Notes under the pieces: model-generated
What the model was told of the DNA's origin: nothing
Databases searched by the model: none
Seen by the model: only the letters and a program-made list of their open reading frames with translations
Origin: an uncultured Nitrospiraceae bacterium
Lineage (GTDB): Bacteria > Nitrospirota > Thermodesulfovibrionia > Thermodesulfovibrionales > Thermodesulfovibrionaceae
Length of the DNA: 64,000 nucleotides
Direction of reading: 5' to 3'
Assembly: GCA_937139565.1 (NCBI GenBank)
Contig: CAKZQH010000106.1
Location: forward strand, 9,289-73,288
Made by a program: the position numbers and the translations under genes
Part shown: positions 30,626-41,235 of the stretch, one piece after another
Layout of the letters: each line of letters starts with the position of its first letter
Numbering within the stretch: the stretch's first letter is position 1

Positions 30626-32014
30626 ATGTCAAAGGGTAAAATTTTAGTTGTTGATGACAGTCCCCTTGTAAGAAGATTAGCTGAGGTTTCATTAACTGAA
30701 AAGGGATATAAAGTATACACATCATCAGATGGAGAAGAAGGGCTAAGGTTAGCAGAACAGATAATACCTGATTTAATTTTAGTAGATTTCATAATGCCTA
30801 AAATGACAGGCTCACAATTCTGTAAGCTTTTGACTGAAAATGATAAGTTAAAGCACATTCCATTAATACTGATTACTGGAAAAGGCGAGACAGTTGGTCA
30901 GACATTCGTAGAGAAATATGGAGTAATTGACTATTTTATTAAACCATTTAAATCAGAAGATTTGATAGAGAAGGTGGAATCTACGCTGAGTAAAGTGGGA
31001 CAGCAAGCTGAAGAATATGTGGAGCCCATATCCTTAGAAGAGAAAGAGATAACAGATGAAAAGAAAGAAATAGAAGAACTTACATTGGCAGCTTCTTCTC
31101 TTGATGTTTCAGAGATAGAATTAGCTAAAATTAACGAAGAAAAAACTGAAGAATATTTTCTTCCTGAGGATATTTCTAAGGAAATTCCAACTGAGCTTAC
31201 GAACGATTTAGAAAAAGATTTAGAAAAGGAATCGGAACCGCCATTAGAAATACGTGAAGAGGATACTTTAGGAGATTTATCAGAAATAGTTAAAGAAGTT
31301 GAAGAATTTAAAGTTGATCATCAGATAGATGATGTCAATATAGAAATTCCTGAGTTAACAGAGTCACAGACAAGTGAAATAGAATTAAAAATTCCAGAAA
31401 TTTCTGAATTTGAAATTTCTGAGTTCAAAGATGATGTTATAGAAAAAATTCCGATCTCAGAGGAAATTGAAGATATTCAGCCTTTCGATATTTCTGAAGC
31501 TTCAGAAAGACTTAAAGAGCCTCTTAATGGTTCTTCTTATGCAATCCCTAACATAGAGAAATTAATAGACTATAAATTTGATGCTTTATCAACTAAATTA
31601 ATTGATGTCATTGAAGAATCGATAGAAAACACACTAAAAAAATACGAAATAGTTAAACCGACCAGCGTTATTCTTTCTGGTCATTCGGATTTTATTGATT
31701 TAAAGAGTTTATTTTACCTAATTAAATCTAAAAGTCTCACAGGAGTTCTTTCAATTTATGATAAATTGATGATTTATGAATTTTTATTTTTCAAGGGTAG
31801 ATTAGTTTATGGAATATCAAACAAACAGAAAAGAGAAAATGACATCAAATTAATGGATGATTTGTCTGATGAGCAAATTAGGAATTTTATGTTAGAAAAT
31901 ATTGCCCTTCTGAAGAGTAGTGAGCGAGGAAAATTTATTTTTGAAATAAAAGAGGAATTGAAACTTTTAAATTTAATTAATAGACCCTCATACGCAGTTG
32001 AGGACATTTTATAA
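30626..32014 (+). CDS. response regulator: REC + acidic linker + DUF4388-like domain
   Basis: VVDDS, VDFIMP, IKPF; about 200 aa E/D/I-rich linker; LTGVLSI...FLFFKGRLVYG. Confidence 0.8.
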   Translation: MSKGKILVVDDSPLVRRLAEVSLTEKGYKVYTSSDGEEGLRLAEQIIPDLILVDFIMPKMTGSQFCKLLTENDKLKHIPLILITGKGETVGQTFVEKYGVIDYFIKPFKSEDLIEKVESTLSKVGQQAEEYVEPISLEEKEITDEKKEIEELTLAASSLDVSEIELAKINEEKTEEYFLPEDISKEIPTELTNDLEKDLEKESEPPLEIREEDTLGDLSEIVKEVEEFKVDHQIDDVNIEIPELTESQTSEIELKIPEISEFEISEFKDDVIEKIPISEEIEDIQPFDISEASERLKEPLNGSSYAIPNIEKLIDYKFDALSTKLIDVIEESIENTLKKYEIVKPTSVILSGHSDFIDLKSLFYLIKSKSLTGVLSIYDKLMIYEFLFFKGRLVYGISNKQKRENDIKLMDDLSDEQIRNFMLENIALLKSSERGKFIFEIKEELKLLNLINRPSYAVEDIL

Positions 32015-32060
32015 AAATAGATAAAATGATATAATATAGCAAACCTATAAGGAGATTGAG

Positions 32061-32426
32061 ATGCCGAAAATTCTGGTTGCAGAAGACTCACTCACAGATG
32101 CTAAATATATTGAGTCAATTCTTAATGAAAAAGATTATGAACTTGTTTTTGCTAAAGATGGAGAGGAAGCAGAGAATTTAATAAAAAATGAAGATTTTGA
32201 TTTGGTAATTTTAGATGTAGTTATGCCTAAAAAAAATGGTTTTCAAATATGTAGGGATATTAAAAAAAATGAAAAGACTAAAGATATACCGGTTATTCTT
32301 GTGACCTCAAAAAAAGAGGAAGCAGATAAGTATTGGGGAAAAATGCAGGGGGCAGATGAATATGTTACAAAACCGTTTGAACCAATTGATTTATTGGTGG
32401 CAATTAAAAAATGTCTGAAGAAATAA
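32061..32426 (+). CDS. single-domain response regulator (PilH-like)
   Basis: LDVVMPKKNGFQICR, KYWGKMQGADEYVTKPF. Confidence 0.85.
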   Translation: MPKILVAEDSLTDAKYIESILNEKDYELVFAKDGEEAENLIKNEDFDLVILDVVMPKKNGFQICRDIKKNEKTKDIPVILVTSKKEEADKYWGKMQGADEYVTKPFEPIDLLVAIKKCLKK

Positions 32427-32824
32427 GAAAAGAAAACGAAAAATCTTACTGTGTTTTTGGTATAGGAGAAAGAGAATTCCTTCTTCCTAAGGAAAGTGTT
32501 GTTCAAATTCTTGATATAACTCGCATTTTTCCAATTCCAGGTGCACCTGAATATATTGTAGGAGCACTGCCTGTAAGAGGTAAAATAATTCCAGCTGTAG
32601 ATCTGGCTAAGGTATATAATGTGGAAAGACTCAGCTATTCTGATAACAAACTTTTGGTAATTGAAGTAAAGGGAGAGAGAATCGGCATTCTCTCAGATAT
32701 TACACCCTTTTTTGTCAGTTTTGAACCAGATTTTGTGGTAGAGGATTTTATAGATCCTGAAAAACTTTTCGAAAAGCTAAAAATAGATTCCCAGAAATCC
32801 AACGAAAAGGGTAATGCTAAGTAA
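32411..32824 (+). CDS. cheW: CheW-family adaptor (PilI-like)
   Basis: IPGAPEYIVGALPVRGKIIPAVDL. Confidence 0.88.
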   Translation: MSEEIRKENEKSYCVFGIGEREFLLPKESVVQILDITRIFPIPGAPEYIVGALPVRGKIIPAVDLAKVYNVERLSYSDNKLLVIEVKGERIGILSDITPFFVSFEPDFVVEDFIDPEKLFEKLKIDSQKSNEKGNAK

Positions 32825-35054
32825 TTCCGAGCTTATAAAATATTTTTTAATAGAAGCTGAGGACTATCTAAATACTTTGATTGAAGGAGTAGAAGAACTC
32901 GAAAGTCGTGATTTTAATAAAGATACGGTTGAAGCTCTTTTTAGAGCTACTCATACCCTAAAAGGTTCAGCATCAATTGTAAAGCTTGATAAAATCACAA
33001 CCCTTTCTCACAAGCTTGAAGATTTTTTTGAAGCACTTTTGAATGATCAGATAGAATATAATGCCTCTTTTTTATACTATGTAAAAAAAGTAATAAATGC
33101 TATTGTAAACTTGGTAAATGAAGTTGCAGAGACAGGACAAGAAAAAAGCGAAATTGATAATGATTTGATTAAGACAATAGATGCGATTTTTGTAACTAAA
33201 CAGCTTCCCTCCCCAGAGATTATCGCCGAGCCCTTTGAAATACTTCCTGTGGTAAATACGGTCAGAATTGATTTAGGATTAGTCGAAAACATTATAACAT
33301 CCTTAGGTGAAATTCTTGTTCAGAAAAATACAATCGCCGACAAAGAAAGAGAGTTAGTTGATATCATTGAAGAAATTTCTAATAGTGGTAAGAGACTTTT
33401 AAAGGAAATAAATGATTTTTCAGAGATCTATTGGTTTACATCTCAAGAAAAAGGACAAAAAGTATTAGATAGTTTTTTCACTGATTTCAGTGATTTACAG
33501 TTCGATAGATATGAGGAATACCATATAGTTTTAAGAAAGATTCAAGAGATTACCAATGATATTACTGAAGGTATAAAGACATTAGCAAATTTTTCAGAAA
33601 ATTTATCTTTTCTATTTAAATCAATAGGGCGAGAAATAAATTACTTAAAGGATAGTTTAATTGAAGTAAGAATGATTCCAGCTGGTAAGCTCTTGCAAAG
33701 GCTTGCTGAAGCAGCAAAGGACATAGCAGAGAGTTTAGGAAAGTTAGTAGATATTGAAATAAAAGGAGCAGAAATAAAACTCGATAAGCCTATTTTTGAT
33801 GGCCTTTATGAACCTATTATTCATATTATTCGAAATGCCCTACAGCATGGTATAGAGCTTCCAGAGGAGAGAATAAAAAAGGGCAAAGAAAAAGTAGGAC
33901 ATATAAAAATAGCTGTTTACAAAGAGGGTAAAAATGTTAATATTCGGATAAAGGATGATGGTAAAGGTATAGACATTGATAAAGTAAAAGAAATAGCCCT
34001 TGAAAAAGGTTTAATTTCAGAAGAAAGATTGCCTTATATTTCTAAAGAGGAAATGCTCTCATATATTTTTGCTCCCGGATTTTCTACATCAGAGGAAGTT
34101 GATTTTCAGAGCGGCAGAGGAATGGGGCTAAATATAGTAAAAACTGCAATTTCTAAGTTGAAAGGCACTATTGAAGTTTTTTCTGAAATAGATAAAGAAA
34201 CAGATTTTGTGATTAAAATTCCTCAATCTTTGAGTGTCAGCAATCTCTTAGTTTTCCGTTCATCAAATTTGGAATATGCTATTCCTTTGAACTATGTTGA
34301 AGAAGTTCTATCAGTTGATGATTTTCCAGAATTATTAAAGGATAGATCTTTTACTCATAAAAACAGGAATATTCCAATTAAAATATTCTCTGAAATTTTT
34401 TATCCTATGAATGGTAAAAATATTACCGGAGGCTATGTAATTATCTTGAATTTCTCAGGCATTAGAAAGGGATTGGTTGTAGAGGATATTATAGGACATG
34501 AGGAAACAACCATTCATAGTTTTGGAAAATTTCTTGAGGGCCTCAGACAATATTTAGGCTATTATATCGCGAGTAAGGGTAACCCACGGTATGTTGTTGA
34601 TCCTTTGAAAATATTTGAAGAAGAATTCATGTTTGCAGCTGCAAAGGATAGAATTTTAGAAACGGTATTATATTTGGGATCTGTTTTAGTTGTTGATGAC
34701 TCAATTAGTGTTAGAAAGGCTTTGCAAAATACCTTAGAGACAAAGAAGATAAGAGTATACACTGCAAGAGATGGCTATGAGGCATTAGACATTCTTGAGA
34801 AGAAGGCGGTTGATTTGATAATAACCGATCTTGAAATGCCAGGAATGCATGGATATGAACTAATAAATAGACTAAGAAGTGACTCGAGATTTAAAGATCT
34901 GCCAATTGTGGTTCTCACCTCAAGGGGGACTAAGAAGCACGAGGAAAAGGCTATTTCCTTAGGTGCTGATGGTTATATAGTTAAACCTTTTGATGATCAG
35001 ACAATCTCTAATATTCTTTCGAAATTCGATATTACAAAAAATACTATATACTAA
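32814..35054 (+). CDS. cheA: hybrid chemotaxis histidine kinase Hpt-HATPase-CheW-REC (ChpA/PilL-like)
   Basis: [40 protein letters not shown], terminal REC ([15 protein letters not shown]). Confidence 0.93.
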   Translation: MLSNSELIKYFLIEAEDYLNTLIEGVEELESRDFNKDTVEALFRATHTLKGSASIVKLDKITTLSHKLEDFFEALLNDQIEYNASFLYYVKKVINAIVNLVNEVAETGQEKSEIDNDLIKTIDAIFVTKQLPSPEIIAEPFEILPVVNTVRIDLGLVENIITSLGEILVQKNTIADKERELVDIIEEISNSGKRLLKEINDFSEIYWFTSQEKGQKVLDSFFTDFSDLQFDRYEEYHIVLRKIQEITNDITEGIKTLANFSENLSFLFKSIGREINYLKDSLIEVRMIPAGKLLQRLAEAAKDIAESLGKLVDIEIKGAEIKLDKPIFDGLYEPIIHIIRNALQHGIELPEERIKKGKEKVGHIKIAVYKEGKNVNIRIKDDGKGIDIDKVKEIALEKGLISEERLPYISKEEMLSYIFAPGFSTSEEVDFQSGRGMGLNIVKTAISKLKGTIEVFSEIDKETDFVIKIPQSLSVSNLLVFRSSNLEYAIPLNYVEEVLSVDDFPELLKDRSFTHKNRNIPIKIFSEIFYPMNGKNITGGYVIILNFSGIRKGLVVEDIIGHEETTIHSFGKFLEGLRQYLGYYIASKGNPRYVVDPLKIFEEEFMFAAAKDRILETVLYLGSVLVVDDSISVRKALQNTLETKKIRVYTARDGYEALDILEKKAVDLIITDLEMPGMHGYELINRLRSDSRFKDLPIVVLTSRGTKKHEEKAISLGADGYIVKPFDDQTISNILSKFDITKNTIY

Positions 35055-36466
35055 ACTCTAAATCTTGCTGATATTTCAACAAGCTCTGTTGATGTCCCTG
35101 CAAGAGATTGGGATAGATTAGTAAGTTCTTCTGTAATTTTTGCTGTATTCTCAATAACTGATTTAACACCTTGAATGGAATTAACTTCGCCTTCTGTAAT
35201 AGCTCTTTGTTTTTGGGCTGATTCATTTATTTCCAAGATGATATCTCCAATTTTCTTGATAATAGATTCTATTTTCTCAAAAATTTCTGTACTTTGAGCA
35301 ACCATATTGGTCCCAGTTTCAACATAATTGGTTTCTTCTTCAAGGTTTTTGGTTACCATACTTGCTTCTTCCTGTATTCCCGTTATTATGTTTGCAATAT
35401 TTTGCGAAGATTTAGCTGTTCTTTCCGAAAGAGTACGGATTTCTTCAGCAATAACTACGAATCCTTTACCCTCTTCTCCTGCTCTTGCAGCTTCTATAGA
35501 AGCATTTAGAGCAAGCAAATTGGTTCTATTTGCAATTTCATTGATGAGAGTTGATATTGTTCCTATTTCCATTAATTTTTCTGAAAGAATCTTCATCCTT
35601 CTATTTATTCCCATAACTGAAGTTCTTATTAATTGCATGCTGTGAATTGTTTCGGTGACAATTTCATTACCTTTTATAATGGAATCAAGAGCTTCTTTAG
35701 AAACATTTGTTGCCACAACTGTTTTTTCACTAGTTTGGTTGGCAAGTTGATCAGCCTCTTGAATAAGAGATGCAACCTTTGCTATTTCTTCTTTTTCAAC
35801 CTCTAAACCTTTCTGAAGTTTCTGAATAATTTCATTTAAAACAGCACTTTTTTCTCCTATGTCTGCTGCCGAGTTTTTAACTTCTCCAACCAATTCGCTT
35901 AGTCCATCAGCCATGAGATTAAATGCGTCTGCCATAGAGCCAAACACATCGGGCGTTACTTCAGCTCTTTTTGTTAGGTCTCCCTCAGATGCAGCAGTCA
36001 TAATTTGAAGAAACTTAATTATATTTGTTTGCATTTCTTTCTTTTCTTCTTCTGTCTGAATTGACGTTGACAGTCTATCCATCATTAAATTAAAGGCATC
36101 TCCTATCTTTTGAAACTCATCACCTGTTTTAAGTTTTATTCTTTTTTCAAAATTACCCATTCTAATTGCTTCTATTGCTTCTTCAAATGTTGCCAGAGGT
36201 GATACTATTTGTTTTTTGAACCATACAAAATTAAAGGCAACGATGGCGATTAATGTTATTCCAAATATGGCTAAAACTGGGGTAAACTTTAGAAGGCTGT
36301 TTATAATTCCTATTCTTTTCATTATAAATTCTTCACCATATATTTGATATCCAGTAATTATTAAGCCAGATAGAAGAATAACTGTTGAAACAATGATTGA
36401 TAGTGTGAATATTATAAGAAATTTTCTATAAAGTCCCTTTGGTTTTTTTTCAGCCTTAATAGGCAT
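35051..36466 (-). CDS. methyl-accepting chemotaxis protein (PilJ-like), minimal extracytoplasmic loop
   Basis: Two close TMs, two HAMPs, [30 protein letters not shown]. Confidence 0.92.
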   Translation of the reverse strand: MPIKAEKKPKGLYRKFLIIFTLSIIVSTVILLSGLIITGYQIYGEEFIMKRIGIINSLLKFTPVLAIFGITLIAIVAFNFVWFKKQIVSPLATFEEAIEAIRMGNFEKRIKLKTGDEFQKIGDAFNLMMDRLSTSIQTEEEKKEMQTNIIKFLQIMTAASEGDLTKRAEVTPDVFGSMADAFNLMADGLSELVGEVKNSAADIGEKSAVLNEIIQKLQKGLEVEKEEIAKVASLIQEADQLANQTSEKTVVATNVSKEALDSIIKGNEIVTETIHSMQLIRTSVMGINRRMKILSEKLMEIGTISTLINEIANRTNLLALNASIEAARAGEEGKGFVVIAEEIRTLSERTAKSSQNIANIITGIQEEASMVTKNLEEETNYVETGTNMVAQSTEIFEKIESIIKKIGDIILEINESAQKQRAITEGEVNSIQGVKSVIENTAKITEELTNLSQSLAGTSTELVEISARFRV

Positions 36467-36539
36467 AGATGCCCTCCTTTAAATTAAGCAATTTTGTAAT
36501 TATACATATTATAGAAAAGATATAAAATTGTCAATACGC

Positions 36540-38309
36540 TTACAATCCAATAACGCTTCCTCTATTTAAATCAACATCTATTGTTCTAAAATTAGGATTT
36601 GATGCTGTGCCTGGCATAAGACTAATTTCACCTGCAACTGGCACAATAAGTTTTGCACCATGGAAAATTAATAAATCCCGAATAAAAAGTTGCCATCCCT
36701 TAGGAACACCTTTTAATTGAGGATTGTCAGAAAGGCTTAGGTGAGTTTTTGCTATACATACAGAAAAATCGCTAAATTCGTTGGAAGAATTTATAGCCTG
36801 AAGCTTTTCAAGGGCAAAGGGAGAAAACTCTACTGAGTCAGCACCATAAATCTCCCTTGCAATAACCTCAATCCTTGGAATATGGGGAAGTCTGCTGTCA
36901 TAGAGAAAATTAAAATTTGAGCCTTTATTGCAAGCATCGATTACAATTTCTGCAAGCTCTAAGGTTCCATCTCCACCTTTTTCCCAGTGTTCTGAAATAG
37001 CGGCAGGAACGCCATGTTCTTCACATATTTTTTTTACAAAGTTGAGCTCATCATCACTATCGGAGAGAAATTTATTGATGCATACAATAGGATGCACCCC
37101 TGATTTTTTTACTATTTTGATATGGTGGAAAAGATTTTCCATTCCCTTTTCAAGCCATTTTATGTTTTTTTCAAGATATTCTTGAGGTAATGCATTTCCT
37201 GTTATAATTTTTGGAGCACTTTTGTCAGCTCCGTGATATTTTAAAGCTCTTAATGTGGCCACAATTACAGCTACATCAGGCTTAAAGCCAGAAACTTTGC
37301 ATTTTATATTCCAGAACTTTTCAAATCCAATATCAGCTCCAAAGCCACTCTCTGTGATATGATAATCGCTAAGTTTAATTGCAATCCGATCAGCAATAAT
37401 TGATGACTGTCCAATAGCAATGTTGGCAAATGGTGCGGCATGAACAAAAACAGGCTGTCCTTCAATGGTTTGAATAAGATTCGGATTAATTGCAGGAAGC
37501 ATAAGTGCAGTCATAGCACCAGCAACTTCAAGGTCCTCAGTAGTAATTGGTTTTCCACTTTTCGAATAGGCTACTACCACATTTCCAATTCTTTTTTTTA
37601 AATCCTTTAGGTCCTTTGAAAGACTAAGAATCGCCATCAGTTCTGATGATGTTGCTATGTCAAAGCGAGATTCCATTGTAATACCATCTTTTTTACCGCC
37701 TAATCCAATTATAATTTTCCTTAAAGCCTGTGCACAGAAATCAATGACCCATCCCATACAGACCCTTTTAGGATCAATAGATAGTCTTTTTAAACCTCTC
37801 TTTAGCAGGACTTCATCGGAATAATTTTCTTCATGCAACATTCTTGATGTTAATGCAACCATTGCCAAGTTGTGAGCATTTACAACTGCATTAATGTCTC
37901 CTGTAAATCCAAGAGAAAACTCTGTTCTTGGTATGCACTGGGAAAGCCCTCCTCCTGCAGCAGTGCCTTTGATATTCATTAGAGGACCTGCTGAGGGTTG
38001 CCTTATGGCGCAGCTAACTTTCTTGCCTTTTTTACCAATTCCTTGGGCTAATCCTATTGTTGTAGTAGACTTTCCCTCTCCAAAGGGTGTAGGTGTTATT
38101 GCGGTTACTACAATGTATTTACCATTTGGATTGTTTTTTATTCGACTGTAAATTTTACTATAATCGATTTTTCCTATATGGTATCCATAAGGGATTACTT
38201 CATCTTTTTTTATTCCAATTTCTTCTGCAAGCTGAAATATGTTTTTCATCCTCTTTTCAGCTTCCTGAGCAATTAACCAATCCGGAGAAGAAGAAGGATG
38301 TGGTAACAT
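36540..38309 (-). CDS. fhs: formate--tetrahydrofolate ligase
   Basis: TAITPTPFGEGKSTT, KGTAAGGG, TGDINA, HAAPFANIA, TESGFGADIG, MPGT. Confidence 0.96.
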   Translation of the reverse strand: MLPHPSSSPDWLIAQEAEKRMKNIFQLAEEIGIKKDEVIPYGYHIGKIDYSKIYSRIKNNPNGKYIVVTAITPTPFGEGKSTTTIGLAQGIGKKGKKVSCAIRQPSAGPLMNIKGTAAGGGLSQCIPRTEFSLGFTGDINAVVNAHNLAMVALTSRMLHEENYSDEVLLKRGLKRLSIDPKRVCMGWVIDFCAQALRKIIIGLGGKKDGITMESRFDIATSSELMAILSLSKDLKDLKKRIGNVVVAYSKSGKPITTEDLEVAGAMTALMLPAINPNLIQTIEGQPVFVHAAPFANIAIGQSSIIADRIAIKLSDYHITESGFGADIGFEKFWNIKCKVSGFKPDVAVIVATLRALKYHGADKSAPKIITGNALPQEYLEKNIKWLEKGMENLFHHIKIVKKSGVHPIVCINKFLSDSDDELNFVKKICEEHGVPAAISEHWEKGGDGTLELAEIVIDACNKGSNFNFLYDSRLPHIPRIEVIAREIYGADSVEFSPFALEKLQAINSSNEFSDFSVCIAKTHLSLSDNPQLKGVPKGWQLFIRDLLIFHGAKLIVPVAGEISLMPGTASNPNFRTIDVDLNRGSVIGL

Positions 38310-38334
38310 AGAGTCTCCTTAGTTAGGATTTATT

Positions 38335-38517
38335 TTATTCTGAAGGATTTTCAATATCTGCGAGATAGTCTTTAAGTTTTTCCATCAATGAGTCAGGTAA
38401 AAACTCCTCATAAAGCAGTGCATTCATCTCCTCTAAAGTTAGTTGTTCCTTAATCTCTCTCGGTAGCATTCTAACTATCATGACCCTTGCTGGATCAGGC
38501 TGTTTTTTTTCATCCAT
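38335..38517 (-). CDS. small hypothetical protein
   Basis: 60-aa ORF with strong SD (AGGGAGGG), co-oriented between the Mth938-like gene and fhs. Confidence 0.65.
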   Translation of the reverse strand: MDEKKQPDPARVMIVRMLPREIKEQLTLEEMNALLYEEFLPDSLMEKLKDYLADIENPSE

Positions 38518-38538
38518 TTTTTTCCCTCCCTGATTTTT

Positions 38539-38883
38539 CTAACAGGTTAAATGAAAGGCTCCTGCTACTTTTTTCCCTTGTTCTGTAAATCCATTAAATA
38601 GGGATACAGCTTTATCAGTTTCAGCAATATAAGTTTCTATTCCCTTATCTTTTAGTTCTTCTATAAGGCTTTCAGGAACTCTCATTTTTCCATAGGCTCC
38701 TGTTCCTACCACTAAAATTTCAACATCTCTCTTAATTACCTCTACAAGGTCTTCAATACAAAGGGAATGTCCCTCTTTTCTCCACCATGATGGGAAAATT
38801 TCATTTTGAAAAACTATAAGGTCAGAAGTATATTCAATGCCATTGATGACTATTTTACCAAATGAATAAAGAGAAATTTTCAT
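38539..38883 (-). CDS. Mth938-like (AAMDC/NDUFAF3 family) protein
   Basis: YSFGKIVING..YTSDLI, WWRKEGHSL, VGTGAYG, AFHLTC. Confidence 0.88.
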   Translation of the reverse strand: MKISLYSFGKIVINGIEYTSDLIVFQNEIFPSWWRKEGHSLCIEDLVEVIKRDVEILVVGTGAYGKMRVPESLIEELKDKGIETYIAETDKAVSLFNGFTEQGKKVAGAFHLTC

Positions 38884-38908
38884 TTTAATACCTCCCCTTA
38901 TAACTCAA

Positions 38909-39006
38909 TGGCGGGAGTGTGTGGGAATCGAACCCACCATGCCTGCTCCTAACAGGCAGCACTGGATTTGAAGTCCAGGGGGGACACCAGAACCCCATAC
39001 ACTCCC
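38909..39006 (-). tRNA. selC: tRNA-Sec (anticodon UCA)
   Basis: 8-bp acceptor GGGAGTGT/ACACTCCC + GCCA, anticodon arm CTGGA-CTTCAAA-TCCAG, long variable arm TGCCTG/CAGGCA, T arm GTGGG-TTCGATT-CCCAC. Confidence 0.96.
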
Positions 39007-39014
39007 GATATAGA

Positions 39015-39043
39015 ATTTTACAGAATTTAAACGAATTTTGCAA
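39015..39043 (-). promoter_or_regulatory. sigma70-type promoter of selC
   Basis: TTGCAA-17 bp-TAAAAT ending 8 nt before the tRNA 5' end. Confidence 0.7.
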
Positions 39044-39051
39044 AGACAGAT

Positions 39052-39663
39052 TTATCTTCCAAGAAGTTTGTCTCTCAAATATCGCATTATATCATCATAA
39101 GTGGAGGGAACAACTAAAAAAATCTCTATATCTTGCGGTAAATCAAGTTTAGTTCTTTCTTGATCTCTTAGAATTAAAATCGCAGACTCATCTTCGGACA
39201 GATTATCTAAGATAGTTTCTCTTATTTTTTTTATTCTCGCTTCCGCTGACTTATTAAAAAACTCATATACCTTTTCAATTACAGTCATGCTTTTTACAAC
39301 TCTTAAGCAATTTCCCCAGTCAACAAACTCTCCAAATATTTCAGGGTCTTCTAATCCTTTGATAATAGCTCCTTCTGAGACTTTCTTTTCAATCAAGGGA
39401 TAAATAAAGGGATTTGTTTCTCTTATTACATCACAGGCATCTTCACTGTCTATAAATATGGTTTCAATAAAAATTTTGGTTACAAACCCCAATTTTTCTA
39501 ATTTTTCTATGTGATTGAGTGCTTCAAGCCAGTATTTTTCAACAAGATTTTTTAGTTTTTCATCATCTTCTTCAGGAACAAAAAGATTTGGAATACAAAA
39601 TAATCTTCGCTTTCCTTTAAATTCTTCAATTCCTAATCTCTGAATTTTTCCCAATTCTGCCAT
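39052..39663 (-). CDS. conserved-looking hypothetical protein
   Basis: 203-aa ORF 4 bp downstream of trpD; no recognised motif. Confidence 0.65.
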   Translation of the reverse strand: MAELGKIQRLGIEEFKGKRRLFCIPNLFVPEEDDEKLKNLVEKYWLEALNHIEKLEKLGFVTKIFIETIFIDSEDACDVIRETNPFIYPLIEKKVSEGAIIKGLEDPEIFGEFVDWGNCLRVVKSMTVIEKVYEFFNKSAEARIKKIRETILDNLSEDESAILILRDQERTKLDLPQDIEIFLVVPSTYDDIMRYLRDKLLGR

Positions 39664-39667
39664 ATTT

Positions 39668-40675
39668 TTATGCGTTAGATATTTTTTTTAATTGTTCAAG
39701 TTTATTATAAGCTTTTCCACTATCAATTGCTTCTTTTGCCATTTCTAAACCTTCCTTTAGATTTTTAGCCTTTCCTGCTACCTCAAGAGCAGCTGCTGAA
39801 TTAACAAGCACAGTGTCTCTAAGGGGTCCCTTTTTACCTTTAAGAATGTCTAAAATTATTTGAGCGTTCTCCTTTCTGTCTCCTCCTTTAATTTCATTTA
39901 ACGAAATCCTTTTAAATCCTAATTCTTCAGGAGAAAGGATTTTATATTCAATCTCTCCATTTTTTGCCCTTATGATGTGGGTATTTGAAGTAAGGGATAT
40001 TTCATCAAGACCATCTTCACTATGGACAACCATCACATCTTCGACTCCGAGTTTTGAGAGGACTTGAGAGATAATCTCCATATACTCTCTACCAAAAACT
40101 CCTATGAGCAATCGTTTTACTCCAGCAGGATTGAGCATAGGTCCAAGAATATTGAATATGGTTCTTATTCCAAGTTCCTTTCTTACTGGAACAACTCTTT
40201 TCATTGCTGGATGGTAAATAGGAGCAAAAAGCACTGTAAGCCCACATTCAAAAAGACATTTTTCTGCTTTGTCTGGTGGCATCTCTACATTTATTCCAAG
40301 CTCTTCTAAAACATCAATGCTTCCGCATTTGCTTGAAGCAGAGCGATTTCCATGCTTGGCAACAGGCACTCCTGCTGCGGCTACAACAAAGCTTGTGGCA
40401 GTAGATACATTAAAGGTTCCAGCACGGTCACCACCTGTGCCTACGATATCAATAGCTCCTTGAGGTGCTTTAATCTTTATTGAATACTCACGAAAGAGTT
40501 TTACTGTTGAAAGAATCTCCTCTAATGTTTCTCCTTTAGTTGTTAGTCCCATCAGGAATGCTGCGGTCTGAACAGCAGAGGCCTTACCTTCTATTATCTC
40601 AATAAAACTTTGCTTAAGAATCTCTTCTGTTAGATTCTCTCTTTTACTTAACTGATATATTGCTTCTGCTATCAT
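39668..40675 (-). CDS. trpD: anthranilate phosphoribosyltransferase
   Basis: [34 protein letters not shown]. Confidence 0.97.
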   Translation of the reverse strand: MIAEAIYQLSKRENLTEEILKQSFIEIIEGKASAVQTAAFLMGLTTKGETLEEILSTVKLFREYSIKIKAPQGAIDIVGTGGDRAGTFNVSTATSFVVAAAGVPVAKHGNRSASSKCGSIDVLEELGINVEMPPDKAEKCLFECGLTVLFAPIYHPAMKRVVPVRKELGIRTIFNILGPMLNPAGVKRLLIGVFGREYMEIISQVLSKLGVEDVMVVHSEDGLDEISLTSNTHIIRAKNGEIEYKILSPEELGFKRISLNEIKGGDRKENAQIILDILKGKKGPLRDTVLVNSAAALEVAGKAKNLKEGLEMAKEAIDSGKAYNKLEQLKKISNA

Positions 40676-41235
40676 AAATTTAAAAAGTTCTTAAGTAAAT
40701 CTTTGCCTACCTTTGTAAGAATACTTTCTGGGTGAAATTGAACGCCTTCTATTTTATACTCCCGATGCCTTACACCCATAATTATACCATTTGCTGTCCA
40801 TGCACTTACAATAAGGCTTTCCGGTAAAGATTCTTTCTCTATCATGAGGGAGTGATATCTTGTTGCCTCAAAGGGATTAGGAAGATTAGCGAAAATTGTT
40901 TTTCCATCGTGAAAAATTAACGATGTTTTACCATGCATTATTTCAGAGCAGCGAATAATTTTCCCTCCGAATGCTGCACCTATTGCCTGATGACCAAGGC
41001 ACACACCAAGGATAGGAATCTTTCCTGCGAAATGTTTAATTACATCAATCGAAATTCCAGCCTCAGCAGGAGTACAAGGTCCTGGAGATATGATTATTCT
41101 ATCGGGTGAAAGCTTTTCTATCTCTCCTATGGTTATTTTATCGTTTCTATACACATGAACATTTTGTGTGATTTCTCCAATGTATTGATAAAGGTTGTAT
41201 GTAAAAGAATCGTAATTATCGATTATCAGTATCAT
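40672..41235 (-). CDS. trpG: anthranilate synthase component II
   Basis: [33 protein letters not shown]. Confidence 0.95.
   Translation of the reverse strand: MILIIDNYDSFTYNLYQYIGEITQNVHVYRNDKITIGEIEKLSPDRIIISPGPCTPAEAGISIDVIKHFAGKIPILGVCLGHQAIGAAFGGKIIRCSEIMHGKTSLIFHDGKTIFANLPNPFEATRYHSLMIEKESLPESLIVSAWTANGIIMGVRHREYKIEGVQFHPESILTKVGKDLLKNFLNL

Noticed and set aside
38919-39152. 77-aa ORF on the plus strand
   Set aside because: Antisense to tRNA-Sec and to the 39052 gene.
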